Below, one piece after another: positions 9,896-20,331 of a DNA stretch of 64,000 nucleotides. The stretch covers positions 10,380 to 74,379 of the forward strand of contig DVIQ01000099.1 of the NCBI GenBank assembly GCA_018711185.1. Direction: 5' to 3'. The stretch is from Candidatus Limivivens intestinipullorum. Its GTDB lineage: Bacteria; Bacillota; Clostridia; Lachnospirales; Lachnospiraceae. Position numbers and translations under genes: made by a program. Each line of letters starts with the position of its first letter. Within the stretch, counting starts at the first letter, position 1. Under the pieces are notes generated by a model. That model ran no database searches and was not told the DNA's origin. It saw only the letters and a program-made list of their open reading frames with translations.

Positions 9896-11227
9896 TTGAA
9901 AAAACGAGTATGGAAGCGCGTGTTTTTGGCACTCGGGGCAGCGCTTTTGCTGACCGGACTTTCCGGCTGCAGCCGGGAAGAGTTGAACCGGCAGCTTGCC
10001 GAAAGCCTTGGTACCCTGGGGCTGTACGAAAACAATGAACCGGTGGAATCGCCGAAGATGAAAGCAGAGCGGGAGCTGCGGGAAAAGGAGGAGGCCCGGG
10101 AATCTGAGCGGGACGCCATCCTGGAAAGAGCCAGGGAAAAGGCGGATATTTACGATTACTCGGCCGCTCTGGATATCCTCGATGAAATCGACGAGGACTA
10201 CCAGGAGGACGAGGCCGTTGTGGAGGCAAAAATCGAGTACCAGCAGAAGCTGGGACAGATGGAAGATTACCAGGGAGACATTGCGCACCTTTGCTTTTCT
10301 TCTGTGATCGTGGATACGGACCGGGCTTTCGACGGAGATGGAAACGCTTCCACTTATAATATGTGGTCGGTAACGGTGGATGAGCTCAACGCGATTTTGG
10401 AGTTCCTTTATGAAAACAACTATGTGCTGATCGACGTTCATGAGACGATTTCCGAGGTGGAGGACGAGGAGGAAAATGTCACATATATCCGCGTCTATCC
10501 CCAGGTTCCGGAGGGGAAAACCCCCTTGATTATTTCCCAGGAGGGCGTCAATTATTATTCCTATACCTTGGAGGACGGATTTGCCCAGCGGCTGGTGCTG
10601 GACGACGACGGGAATGTGAAGGCTCTGTATGTGGATGAGAACGGAACGGAGCAGATTGGAAACTATGATCTGATTCCGATTCTGGACGCCTTTGTGGAGG
10701 CGCATCCGGATTTTTCCCTCCGGGGAGCCAGAGGAATCGTGAGTCTTACGGGCTATGAAGGAGCCTATGGCTACCGGATTCAGGATACGGAATCAGAGAC
10801 CCTTGAGGAGGACCGGGCGGCGGTTCAGGCCATCGGGGACCGGCTTGTGGAGACCGGATGGGAGATTGCCAGCAGCGGCTATTCCCACAGCTCCATGTCC
10901 GGGATGACCTACGAGGAACTGGTATCGGATACGGACAGCTGGATGGAGCTGATCGGGGCGTATGCCGGCAGCGCGGATATTCTTCTGTTTCCCTTTGGGG
11001 ATGAGGTGGAGTTTCCAGGAGACAAGCTTTCGTATCTTTTGGACAACGGATTCCGCTTTTTTTGCGGACTGTGGGGAAATGAGGATTATCTGAGCGTCCA
11101 GTCTACCTATGTGCGCCAGACAAGGCGGAATGTAAGCGGTTATATCATGCACTATTATCCGGAATATCTGGAGGAATTTTTCGACGTCTCCGCAGTCCTG
11201 GACGGCGCGCGGCCGGCGTTTGAGTAA
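9896..11227 (+). CDS. lipoprotein with a degenerate polysaccharide deacetylase (CE4/NodB-like) domain
   Basis: Signal peptide with lipobox LSGC; coiled acidic N-terminal region; HLCFSSVIVD, GKTPLIIS and LTGYEGAYGY resemble Lachnospiraceae deacetylase-like proteins. Confidence 0.55.
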   Translation: MKKRVWKRVFLALGAALLLTGLSGCSREELNRQLAESLGTLGLYENNEPVESPKMKAERELREKEEARESERDAILERAREKADIYDYSAALDILDEIDEDYQEDEAVVEAKIEYQQKLGQMEDYQGDIAHLCFSSVIVDTDRAFDGDGNASTYNMWSVTVDELNAILEFLYENNYVLIDVHETISEVEDEEENVTYIRVYPQVPEGKTPLIISQEGVNYYSYTLEDGFAQRLVLDDDGNVKALYVDENGTEQIGNYDLIPILDAFVEAHPDFSLRGARGIVSLTGYEGAYGYRIQDTESETLEEDRAAVQAIGDRLVETGWEIASSGYSHSSMSGMTYEELVSDTDSWMELIGAYAGSADILLFPFGDEVEFPGDKLSYLLDNGFRFFCGLWGNEDYLSVQSTYVRQTRRNVSGYIMHYYPEYLEEFFDVSAVLDGARPAFE

Positions 11228-11321
11228 CCGGATTTGTCCAAATTCTGGCGGGAAAAGTCCATAAAAGCGAAGGTGTCAAACGCTATACAAATTTCGGAAA
11301 CTCCGTTATACTGAGAATATC

Positions 11322-11350
11322 GTTACAGTTCAGCACGGCTGACTTGTTAC
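11322..11350. repeat. 29-bp palindromic repeat, copy 3
   Basis: GTTACAGTTCAGCACGGCTGACTTGTTAC, about 10 bp downstream of a TATACT -10 box. Confidence 0.75.
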
Positions 11351-11378
11351 GCACAAACAGGAAAAGGAGCGGACAAAA

Positions 11379-13820
11379 ATGGAAATTTTACAGGTAATTC
11401 CCGGAAAAACACAAGTTACAATCCGTACAGACCAGGGAAACTTCAGCTTTTTTGGCGTTTCGGACCGGATTATGCGCGCGGTGTACACGAAAAAGGAGAC
11501 GGTGGAGAACAAGTCTTTGATGATTGAATCCGCTGTATATGAAAACCCGCGGCCGCTGAAGACGGAAGAGTGCGATGACAGCGTGACCGTATACGGCGGC
11601 CGGATCAAGGCGGTCTTTTCCAAGAAAGACGGAAGCGTGGCCTGGACGGATGCCGCCAGCGGAAGCGTATGGCTTAGAGAGGGCAGAAAGGAGCTCTGCG
11701 AGGAGGAGGTTGCCCGCTTTACCACCGGGGACGAGGCCCCGGTGGTGCGGCGGGTGAAGACTGTGGACGGAGAGCGCAGCTTCATCGAGAACCTGAAGCG
11801 CGTGGTTGACCGCACGGCTTACCGGGCGAAGCTTCGCTTTTGCTGGGAACCGGACGAGGCCATCCACGGGCTGGGACAGGGAGAAGAGGGAATCTATAAT
11901 TACCGCCATCACACCCAGTATCTCTATCAGCACAATATGCGCATTCCCATGCCCTTTTTCGTGTCTTCCAAACAATACGGGGTTTTGGCAGACTGCTGTT
12001 CTCTAATGACCTTTCAGGACGATGAGAACGGCTCCTACCTGTTTTTCGACACGGTGGACCAGCTGGATTATTATTTTATCGGAGGGGAAAACCTGGATCA
12101 GGTAATCGGCGGATACCGGACCTTAACGGGCCGGGCGGCCATGCTGCCCAGGTGGGCCTTTGGCTATGTACAGTCTAAGGAGGCATACCGGACGGCGGAG
12201 GAGCTTCTGGCCGTGGGACAGGAGTACCGCAGGCGGCAGGTGCCTCTGGACTGTGTGGTCCAGGACTGGAATACCTGGGAAGCGGGCTTCTGGGGAGAGA
12301 AAAAGGTGGACAAGTCCCGTTACGGAAACCTGAAGGAGGTCAATGACCGGCTCCACGAAATGCACATTCACACCATGGTTTCCGTCTGGCCGAATATGGC
12401 TGAGGGAGGGGAAAACCATCAGGAGTTCGTGAAAAACAACATGATCCTGGGGGATTTTTCTACCTACGACGCGTTCAATGAAAAGGCCAGGGAGGTTTAC
12501 TGGAAGCAGGCGAATGAGGAGCTTTTTTCCGGAGGATTTGATTCCTGGTGGTGCGATTCCACGGAGCCCTTTTCCGGTCCGGACTGGGGAGGCCCGGTGA
12601 AGCGGGAGCCCTGGGAACGCTATGAGCTGGTGGGCGGCGAGCACAAAAAGTATCTGGACGCTGCCTGCGCCAACGCCTTCGCTCTGATGCACGCCAGGGG
12701 GATTTTCGAAAACCAAAGAAAGCAGGAGAAAAACAAGCGTGTGCTGAATCTGACCCGCTCCGGCTACGCGTCCCAGCAGAAGTACGGAGTGATGCTCTGG
12801 TCGGGGGATATTTATGCTTCCTGGCAGACCATGAAGCGCCAGATCGCGGAAGGGCTGAATATGGCCATGAGCGGCATGCCCTACTGGACGCTGGATATCG
12901 GCGGATTTTTCGTGGTAGGAAGCGCCTGGCAGAACCGGGGCTGCGGCTGTAATACCAACCCGGATCCCTTATGGTTCTGGACCGGAGAGTACAATGACGG
13001 CGTAAAGGATGACGGATACAAGGAGCTGTACACCCGCTGGTTTGAGTTCGGCGCTTTTCTTCCCATGCACCGGTCCCACGGCACGGATACCCCAAGGGAA
13101 ATCTGGAATTTCGGGGAGCCGGGAACGCGATTCTATGATACCCTGAAAAAGTACATCGATCTGCGCTACCGTCTTCTCCCATACATCTATTCTCTGGCAG
13201 GGGCGGTTACGCAGGAAAACAGCACCATGATGCGAAGCCTGCTGTTTGATTTCGCCGGGGATCCGGCGGCCAGGGAGGTGGCGGATGAGTACCTCTTCGG
13301 CCCGGCCTTTCTGGTGTGTCCGGTGACGGAGCCGATGTACTATGAGACGGGCAGCAGGCCCCTTGACCGGCCCGAGGTATGGAACTGCTATCTGCCAAAA
13401 GGTGCCCTGTGGCATCATTACTGGACCGGAGAAGTGTATGAGGGAGGCCGGACGGTGACCGTGCCGGCGCCCCTGGAAGATATGCCTCTCTTTGTAAAGG
13501 CAGGAAGCATCGTGCCGGAAAACAAAGAGGCGGTTCAGTACGCGGATCAGAAGACGGAGGCACCGCTGTGTCTGAGAATCTGGCCCGGCGCGGACGGAAG
13601 CTTTACCCTTTACGAGGACGCCGGGGACGATTACGCCTATGAGGAAGGGGAATTTCTGCAGATTCCTCTGACCTGGGACGACTCCGAGGGGCGGCTGACC
13701 ATCGGAAAAGCAGCGGGACATTACGCGGGAATGCCCGCGGAGCGGATCTTTCTGGCAGTCTGCGGTGAAAAACAGGCGGAAATCCGGTATACAGGCGAAG
13801 AGGTTTCCGTTGCTCTTTAA
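11379..13820 (+). CDS. glycoside hydrolase family 31 (alpha-xylosidase/alpha-glucosidase-like)
   Basis: MLPRWAFGYVQSKE, PLDCVVQDW, nucleophile motif WWCDSTEP, acid/base motif WSGD, RWFEFGAFLP and YRLLPYIYS. Confidence 0.9.
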   Translation: MEILQVIPGKTQVTIRTDQGNFSFFGVSDRIMRAVYTKKETVENKSLMIESAVYENPRPLKTEECDDSVTVYGGRIKAVFSKKDGSVAWTDAASGSVWLREGRKELCEEEVARFTTGDEAPVVRRVKTVDGERSFIENLKRVVDRTAYRAKLRFCWEPDEAIHGLGQGEEGIYNYRHHTQYLYQHNMRIPMPFFVSSKQYGVLADCCSLMTFQDDENGSYLFFDTVDQLDYYFIGGENLDQVIGGYRTLTGRAAMLPRWAFGYVQSKEAYRTAEELLAVGQEYRRRQVPLDCVVQDWNTWEAGFWGEKKVDKSRYGNLKEVNDRLHEMHIHTMVSVWPNMAEGGENHQEFVKNNMILGDFSTYDAFNEKAREVYWKQANEELFSGGFDSWWCDSTEPFSGPDWGGPVKREPWERYELVGGEHKKYLDAACANAFALMHARGIFENQRKQEKNKRVLNLTRSGYASQQKYGVMLWSGDIYASWQTMKRQIAEGLNMAMSGMPYWTLDIGGFFVVGSAWQNRGCGCNTNPDPLWFWTGEYNDGVKDDGYKELYTRWFEFGAFLPMHRSHGTDTPREIWNFGEPGTRFYDTLKKYIDLRYRLLPYIYSLAGAVTQENSTMMRSLLFDFAGDPAAREVADEYLFGPAFLVCPVTEPMYYETGSRPLDRPEVWNCYLPKGALWHHYWTGEVYEGGRTVTVPAPLEDMPLFVKAGSIVPENKEAVQYADQKTEAPLCLRIWPGADGSFTLYEDAGDDYAYEEGEFLQIPLTWDDSEGRLTIGKAAGHYAGMPAERIFLAVCGEKQAEIRYTGEEVSVAL

Positions 13821-13908
13821 ACGAATCAGGGAAGTCCCCTGCGTCTGCAGCGCAAAGCAGTGAGCAGAGGGACTTGCAAGGAGGCTGTCGGCCACAGATT
13901 TACAGGAG

Positions 13909-14775
13909 GTGGAAACAGTGGAGGCTTTGCAAGCCATATGGAAAACTGTCAGCGAAACGGCCTGGATTGCCATTCTTCTTCAGGCTGCGCTGACGTTTCT
14001 GATCACCTGGGGCGTCGTAAAGCTGATTAACCGGGCTTTTGAAAAACTGAAAAACAAAAAGAATCTGAATATCCAGTTTCTGCGCAGAATTCTCACAGGG
14101 ATTGTCTGGATTATCGGGGTTCTGCAGATCCTTTCGCTGATTCCTGGTATGTCCAGTCTTGCCAGGACGGTGCTGGCGGGCTCCGGAATCGCGGCTGTGG
14201 TCATTGGTCTTGCGGCCCAGGAATCCTGTGGAAACCTGGTGAGCGGTTTTTTGATCGCGGTGTTTCATCCTTTTAACGTAGGCGACCGGGTGCATCTGAT
14301 CGGAAGCAATCTTACCGGGTGGGTGGAGGACATTACCCTTCGCCATACGGTGATCCGCACTTCCACAAACAGCCGGATTATCATACCAAACTCGGAGATG
14401 AGCACGGAAAAAATCGAAAACTCGGACTACGCGGACAGCGCGGTGTCGGACGCCATTGAGGTTTCCGTATCTTATGAGAGCGATCTGGAAAGAGCCATGG
14501 AAATCATGGGGCAGGTGATCGGAGACCACCCCCTGTATTACGATACCAGAAGCCGGGAGGAAAAACTGAAGGACGCGCCGAAGGTACGGGTATTTGTGAA
14601 GGAATTCGCGGACAGCGGAATCGTTTTGCGGGCATCCATGTGGACCAGAACCATCAATGAAAATTACGGGGCCTGTTCTGACGCGCGGTTTGCCATCAAA
14701 AAGGCTTTTGACCAGGAAGGAATTGAGATTCCGTATCAGAAGCTGGTAATTTTACCGGAAAACAAAGAGTCCTGA
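13909..14775 (+). CDS. small-conductance mechanosensitive channel (MscS family)
   Basis: Three TM helices, GIAAVVIGLAAQ, PFNVGDRV, GWVEDITLRHT and IEIPY motifs; the true start may be GTG 13918. Confidence 0.88.
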   Translation: METVEALQAIWKTVSETAWIAILLQAALTFLITWGVVKLINRAFEKLKNKKNLNIQFLRRILTGIVWIIGVLQILSLIPGMSSLARTVLAGSGIAAVVIGLAAQESCGNLVSGFLIAVFHPFNVGDRVHLIGSNLTGWVEDITLRHTVIRTSTNSRIIIPNSEMSTEKIENSDYADSAVSDAIEVSVSYESDLERAMEIMGQVIGDHPLYYDTRSREEKLKDAPKVRVFVKEFADSGIVLRASMWTRTINENYGACSDARFAIKKAFDQEGIEIPYQKLVILPENKES

Positions 14776-14790
14776 AGGGCTTGGAAAAGA

Positions 14791-15519
14791 TTGGAGGATA
14801 CTTGCGTGAGCTGTGAAAAAGAGTGGTCAAGACTTGCCCTTTTGACGGGGGAGGAAGCTATCTGCCGGCTGAAAGACAGTCATGTGGCGATTTTCGGAAT
14901 CGGCGGGGTTGGAGGCTATGCGGCCGAAGCCCTGGCCCGATGCGGCATAGGAAGGTTTGATTTGTTTGACAAAGACACGGTAAGCCTGTCAAACATCAAC
15001 CGGCAGATCATTGCCCTTCACAGCACGGTTGGAAGGAAAAAAGCAGAGGTGATGAAGGAGCGGATCCGGGACATTAATCCTGAGGCGGAAGTTTGTGCCT
15101 GGGACTACTTTTATCTGCCGGAGAACGCGGACCAGTATCCTCTGGAACGCTATGATTATGTGGTGGATGCCGTGGACACGGTGACGGCAAAGCTTGAGAT
15201 CATTACCAGGGCAGCCCAGGCGGGCGTCCCGGTGATCAGCTCTATGGGGGCGGGAAATAAGCTGGATCCCGCGGGCTTTCAGGTAGCCGATATTTATGAA
15301 ACCTCCGTCTGCCCGCTGGCTCGGGTGATGCGGCGGGAGCTGAAGGCCAGAGGAATTTCTTCGCTGAAGGTCGTGTATTCAAAGGAAAAGCCGGTCCGGT
15401 TTGGGGAGACTGTCCGGGAAGAGGGCGCTCATCCGGTGCCCGGAAGCGCGGCCTTTGTGCCTTCCGCTGCCGGCCTTCTGCTGGCTTCCCAGGTTGTCCG
15501 GGATCTGGCGGGACTTTGA
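14791..15519 (+). CDS. tcdA: tRNA threonylcarbamoyladenosine dehydratase (ThiF/TcdA family)
   Basis: VAIFGIGGVGG, SNINRQ, ISSMGAGNKLDP, CPLARVMRRELK and VYSKE motifs; start probably GTG 14806. Confidence 0.85.
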   Translation: MEDTCVSCEKEWSRLALLTGEEAICRLKDSHVAIFGIGGVGGYAAEALARCGIGRFDLFDKDTVSLSNINRQIIALHSTVGRKKAEVMKERIRDINPEAEVCAWDYFYLPENADQYPLERYDYVVDAVDTVTAKLEIITRAAQAGVPVISSMGAGNKLDPAGFQVADIYETSVCPLARVMRRELKARGISSLKVVYSKEKPVRFGETVREEGAHPVPGSAAFVPSAAGLLLASQVVRDLAGL

Positions 15520-15635
15520 AGGATTCCAGGCGCAAGGCGCCTCCAGGAATAAGGTTTCTGTAAGAAAAACGACACAATAAGGTCACATTTCCTCTTTATA
15601 CTAAGTATGGTAAGACTTAGCAAAGGAAGTGGAGT

Positions 15636-17345
15636 ATGAAAAGAATGAATAAGAGGATTGGAAAGACGTTGACGATGGCGGCTCTGGCCGTATCCCTGGC
15701 AGGCTTCGGATGGAAAGAAGGACCCGGGATACCGCCAGAGACCGCCTTTGCCGCTTCTGAGGAGGGTTTGTTTTACGGGATCATTCTGGATATATCGGAG
15801 AGCTCGGTGGTTTTGGAAAACGCTGTCCGGGATGGGGACGTCCTGACTACGGACGGCAGCAGTACCGTATACGCCATCGGAGAAGACTGTGCGGTCCGGC
15901 GGGCAGGGGAAGAAGAAGGAGAGCTTGGCACAGAAGATCTCGCGGCAGGGGATATTGTATGTATCCGTTTAAATTACGCGAAGGAAGCCGGGGTGATTGA
16001 GCTGTACGGCTCGGATTCCCTTACCGTTCAGTCCGCCAAGGAGACGGAAAGCCAGGAGGAAAGCGAAACGGAGCAGCAGACAGAGACAGTAACTCTCCAG
16101 GGCGCTTATATCGCGGACGGTATCCAGGAAAGCCGGGAGAGCGCTTCCTTCGAAGGCAGCGGGGAGGATGAAAGCGCTGTTTTGGCGGTAAACGGCGCTT
16201 TTGTGACACTGAAAAACGCGGTGATTCAGAAAAGCGGCGGCACTTCCTCCCTGGCCCAGAGCCTTTTATACGGCCTGAATGCCGCGGTGAATGCGTCCGG
16301 CAGCAGCAGCCTGAGCCTGGAAGGAGCCGAAATCGCCTCCGATGGGGAAGGGGCGGCGGCACTGTTCGCCACAGGGGAGCGCTCCTCCGTGATGATCAGT
16401 GACAGCGAGCTTCAGACAAGCGAAAACGATGCTCCCGGGGTGTCCGTATCCCGGTCTGGTTCCGCTGTTTTGGCGGATACGAATGTTTCAACCAGCGGCG
16501 ACGGCAGCGGAGCGCTCTGCAGCCTGACGGAGTACGCGGTTCTCACCGCGCAGGGGGGCAGTCTCAAGACGCTGGGCTCTCATTCGCCGCTTCTTCTGGC
16601 AGAGGGAAGCCTTACGGCGGAACAGGTAAACGGGGATGCGGCAAATTCTCCGATTCTTACGCTGTATTCCCGGCTGGCAGGGGAGATATCCCTGTCGGAC
16701 TGCAGCTTTACCGGCGAAGGGGAGTGCGGTGTCCTGATTCAGGGCTTCAACGCGGACAGTGAGACACAGACGGAAACGGAATCCGGCCAGGAAGGGACGG
16801 CAGGGAACAATACTCAGGCACAGCTTTCTGTCCTGGGAGGGACGCTTTCCCTGAACAGTGATGGGCCGATGATCCTGGCCCAGGGCGCCCGGGCGCTGGT
16901 TCGCCTGGAGGAGGCGGAAATCACGGGGACTTCCAATACCCTTTTGCGGGCAGAGAGCCTGGGAGACGAAAACGGAGCGAATACTGGCGCGAATGTCACC
17001 GTAGAAGCGGCCCGTCAGGAGCTGGCGGGAGATATTGTATGCGATTCCGGGAGTACGGCGCAGCTTTCCCTTGAACTGGGAAGCCGGTACGAGGGAGCCG
17101 TTGACAGCGCGGGCCAGGGGGCGGTTTCCGTATCTTTGTCGGAGGACAGTACATGGATCGTTACCGGGGATTCCTATGTTCAGGGGTTCTCGGACGAGGA
17201 CGCGGATTTGTCGAATATTCAGGACCAGGGCTATACGATCTACTATGACGCTCTTGCGGAGGAATGCCAGTGGCTTGGGGGAGAAACACTGGAGCTTTCC
17301 CAAGGGGGTGTGCTGACCCCTGCGGTCCAGGAGCAGACCCCTTAA
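15636..17345 (+). CDS. secreted acidic protein with a predicted beta-helix (autotransporter passenger-like) region
   Basis: N-terminal signal peptide; repeated short beta-strand/Gly patterns; C-terminal SLSEDSTWIVTGDSYV resembles passenger C-terminal regions. Confidence 0.5.
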   Translation: MKRMNKRIGKTLTMAALAVSLAGFGWKEGPGIPPETAFAASEEGLFYGIILDISESSVVLENAVRDGDVLTTDGSSTVYAIGEDCAVRRAGEEEGELGTEDLAAGDIVCIRLNYAKEAGVIELYGSDSLTVQSAKETESQEESETEQQTETVTLQGAYIADGIQESRESASFEGSGEDESAVLAVNGAFVTLKNAVIQKSGGTSSLAQSLLYGLNAAVNASGSSSLSLEGAEIASDGEGAAALFATGERSSVMISDSELQTSENDAPGVSVSRSGSAVLADTNVSTSGDGSGALCSLTEYAVLTAQGGSLKTLGSHSPLLLAEGSLTAEQVNGDAANSPILTLYSRLAGEISLSDCSFTGEGECGVLIQGFNADSETQTETESGQEGTAGNNTQAQLSVLGGTLSLNSDGPMILAQGARALVRLEEAEITGTSNTLLRAESLGDENGANTGANVTVEAARQELAGDIVCDSGSTAQLSLELGSRYEGAVDSAGQGAVSVSLSEDSTWIVTGDSYVQGFSDEDADLSNIQDQGYTIYYDALAEECQWLGGETLELSQGGVLTPAVQEQTP

Positions 17346-17499
17346 CAGGAGACAAAAATCCTATTGATTATTTCATTTAAATTCTGTACAATAGACCACG
17401 GAAGGCAGCTGGCGGAGAAATCAAAGCAGCTGCCTGTAAAATGCGGTAAAAAAGAAAGAGTTGCAAATTTACAGGTTCAGAAAGGGATGTACGGAACAA

Positions 17500-18858
17500 A
17501 TGAAGATTATTATTGTCGGCTGCGGGAAAGTGGGAAGTACTCTGGCCGAACAGCTCAGCGCTGAGGACAATGACATTGTGGCGGTGGATCTGGACGGAGA
17601 ACTCGTCCAGGAACTGGCGGACAATCTGGACATCATGGGAGTTGTGGGAAGCGGAACGAATCACAAGGTGCTTCTTGAGGCAGGCGTCGAGGAGGCGGAT
17701 CTGCTGATTGCCGTCACGGGTTCCGACGAGTTAAATCTGCTGTGCTGTCTGATTGCGAAAAAGGCGGGCGACTGTCAGACGATTGCCAGAGTCAGAAACC
17801 CGGAATACAGTATGGAAAGCGGATATATTAAGGAGGAGCTTGGCCTTGCCATGGTGATCAATCCGGAATTCGCGGCCGCGGAGGAAATCTCTCGGATTTT
17901 GCGCTTCCCCAGCGCGATTAAAATCGAGACCTTCGCGAAAGGAAGAGTGGAACTGCTGAAATTCCGTATTCCCGCAGGCTCTGCCCTTGGATTTATGAAA
18001 GTGCAGGATATTATCAACAAGCTGCGCTGCGACGTTCTCGTCTGTACTGTGGAGCGGGGCGATCAGGTTTCCATCCCGGGAGGTAATTTTGAGCTTCGGG
18101 AAAAGGATGTGGTTTCGATCATAGCCCAGCCAAAGGAGGCGGCGCAGTTCTTCAAAAAGATTAAGGTTCAGACAAACCAGGTCCACGACACCATGATAAT
18201 CGGCGGAAGCAAGCTTGCGTATTATCTGACCCTGCGGCTTCTTGCCATGGGGATCGACGTAAAAATCATTGAGAAGGACAGGCATCGCTGCGAAGAACTC
18301 AGCGAGCTGCTGCCCAAGGCCACGGTTATCTGCGGAGACGCGGTGGAAAAAGAACTTTTGCAGGAGGAAGGGCTGGAGCATGCGGATTCTGTGGTGACTT
18401 TGACAAACCTTGACGAGGAGAACATCCTTCTGTCACTGTATGCCCAGAAAATCAGCAAGGCAAAGGTGGTTACAAAAATTAACGGAATTGCCTTTGACGA
18501 AGTCATCAATACCCTGGATCTGGATACGATTGTGTACCCCAGATACGTTACCTCGGAGACGATTATCCGTTTTGTCCGGGCTATGAAAAATTCCATCGGA
18601 AGTAATGTGGAAACGCTTTACCGCCTGGTGAATAATAAGGTGGAGGCGCTGGAATTTCAGATCGTCAGGACAGATTCCCGGCTTAGCCGGCCTTTGGAAG
18701 AGCTTTCTCTGAAGAAGAACCTGCTGATCGGCTGCATTTACCGGAATGGAAGAATGATTATACCCAGAGGACAGGATACGATGCAGCAGGGAGACAAAGT
18801 AATCGTAGTAACCACGACCCCGGGGCTTCAGGATATTTCCGATATCCTTGCGGACTAG
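17500..18858 (+). CDS. trkA: Trk potassium uptake NAD-binding subunit
   Basis: Two RCK repeats (IIIVGCGKVG; MIIGGSKLAYYL), IARVRNPEY and IIPRG motifs. Confidence 0.93.
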   Translation: MKIIIVGCGKVGSTLAEQLSAEDNDIVAVDLDGELVQELADNLDIMGVVGSGTNHKVLLEAGVEEADLLIAVTGSDELNLLCCLIAKKAGDCQTIARVRNPEYSMESGYIKEELGLAMVINPEFAAAEEISRILRFPSAIKIETFAKGRVELLKFRIPAGSALGFMKVQDIINKLRCDVLVCTVERGDQVSIPGGNFELREKDVVSIIAQPKEAAQFFKKIKVQTNQVHDTMIIGGSKLAYYLTLRLLAMGIDVKIIEKDRHRCEELSELLPKATVICGDAVEKELLQEEGLEHADSVVTLTNLDEENILLSLYAQKISKAKVVTKINGIAFDEVINTLDLDTIVYPRYVTSETIIRFVRAMKNSIGSNVETLYRLVNNKVEALEFQIVRTDSRLSRPLEELSLKKNLLIGCIYRNGRMIIPRGQDTMQQGDKVIVVTTTPGLQDISDILAD

Positions 18859-18873
18859 AAGGGAAGTGGGACG

Positions 18874-20313
18874 ATGAATTACGCAATGGTAATACATATG
18901 CTGGGCTGGGTAAGCTGCTTTGAGGCAGCTTTTCTGCTCCTGCCCCTTCTGGTATCCGTGATCTACGGAGAGTCCTGCGCCTTCGCGTTTCTGGTGGTGG
19001 CTGCCTTATGCGCTCTATTGGGCCTTCCCCTGGTGCTGAAAAGGCCGTCGAAAAGAACGATGGCTTCTAAGGACGGACTCGTGATTGTGGCGTTCAGCTG
19101 GATTCTGCTCAGCGTTTTCGGAGCCCTTCCCTTTGTGATTTCCGGTGAGATTCCGTTTTTTGTGGATGCTTTATTTGAGACCGTATCCGGCTTTACTACT
19201 ACCGGAGCAAGTATTCTGGCGGATGTGGAGTCCCTTTCCCATGGAACGCTGTTTTGGCGGAGCTTTACCCATTGGATCGGCGGAATGGGCATCCTGGTCT
19301 TTATTCTGGCCATCCTTCCTATGAAGGGAGGCAGCAGCGTCTTTCTGATGAAGGCAGAGAGCCCCGGGCCCAGCGTCAGCAAGCTGGTGCCGAGAATCCG
19401 GGAAACGGCATTCATCCTGTATGCGATTTATTTCGCCATGACGGTGGTGGAATGCGTTCTTCTCCTTGCAGGCGGAATGCCGCTGTTCGACACGCTGTGT
19501 ACGGCTTTTGGAACGGCCGGTACCGGAGGGTTTGGAATTAAAGCGGACAGCTTCGGCAGCTATTCTCCCTACCTGCAGGGTGTTGTGGCAGTGTTTATGA
19601 TGCTGTTCGGCATTAATTTTAACCTGTATTATCTGTGTCTGCGGAAAAAGTTCAGCCAGGCAGTCAAGTCCCTGGAGCTTTGGGCATATCTGCTGATTAT
19701 CGCGGCTGCCACCGGTGCCATTGCCATAAATGTATTTCCGATGTTCGACTCGGCGGGACAGGCGCTGCACCATGCCTTTTTCCAGGTAAGCTCCATTATT
19801 ACAACCACCGGATTCGCGACCACGGACTTTAACCTGTGGCCAGCGTTTTCCAGGACAATCCTGGTGACCTTGATGTTTGTGGGAGCCTGCGCCGGAAGTA
19901 CCGGCGGCGGGATCAAGGTTTCAAGGATTTTGATTATGCTCAAGGAAGTGCGCAAGGAGATCCGTCTGGCCTGCCATCCCAGAAGCGTCCGCAAAGTGAA
20001 AATCGATGGCCGGACGGTGGATCATGACGTAATCCGTTCGGTAAACGCGTTCCTGGTTGTTTATCTGGTCTTATTTGCTTCCTCCGTACTCATCGTCTCC
20101 CTGGATGAATTTGACCTGGTGACGACGTTTACGGCGGTGGCCACGACCCTGAATAACGTGGGGCCCGGACTGGAAGAAGTGGGACCGACGGGGAATTTTT
20201 CCGCTTTTTCGCCTGTCGCGAAGCTGGTGATGAGTTTCGATATGCTGGCTGGAAGGCTGGAGCTTATGCCTATGCTGATGCTGTTTGTACCTGCCACCTG
20301 GAAGAGAAAATAG
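18874..20313 (+). CDS. trkH: Trk potassium uptake membrane subunit
   Basis: FETVSGFTTTGAS, WIGGMG, TGGFG, TTTGF, GSTGGGIK, NNVGPG and GRLE pore motifs. Confidence 0.93.
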   Translation: MNYAMVIHMLGWVSCFEAAFLLLPLLVSVIYGESCAFAFLVVAALCALLGLPLVLKRPSKRTMASKDGLVIVAFSWILLSVFGALPFVISGEIPFFVDALFETVSGFTTTGASILADVESLSHGTLFWRSFTHWIGGMGILVFILAILPMKGGSSVFLMKAESPGPSVSKLVPRIRETAFILYAIYFAMTVVECVLLLAGGMPLFDTLCTAFGTAGTGGFGIKADSFGSYSPYLQGVVAVFMMLFGINFNLYYLCLRKKFSQAVKSLELWAYLLIIAAATGAIAINVFPMFDSAGQALHHAFFQVSSIITTTGFATTDFNLWPAFSRTILVTLMFVGACAGSTGGGIKVSRILIMLKEVRKEIRLACHPRSVRKVKIDGRTVDHDVIRSVNAFLVVYLVLFASSVLIVSLDEFDLVTTFTAVATTLNNVGPGLEEVGPTGNFSAFSPVAKLVMSFDMLAGRLELMPMLMLFVPATWKRK

Positions 20314-20331
20314 CGGGAAAAGAGGAAGCTT

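Noticed and set aside
12969-13973. Long antisense ORFs opposite GH31 and other genes (for example 38520-39578, 59881-60792)
   Set aside because: Typical shadows of GC-rich coding strands with no recognisable motifs or RBS.
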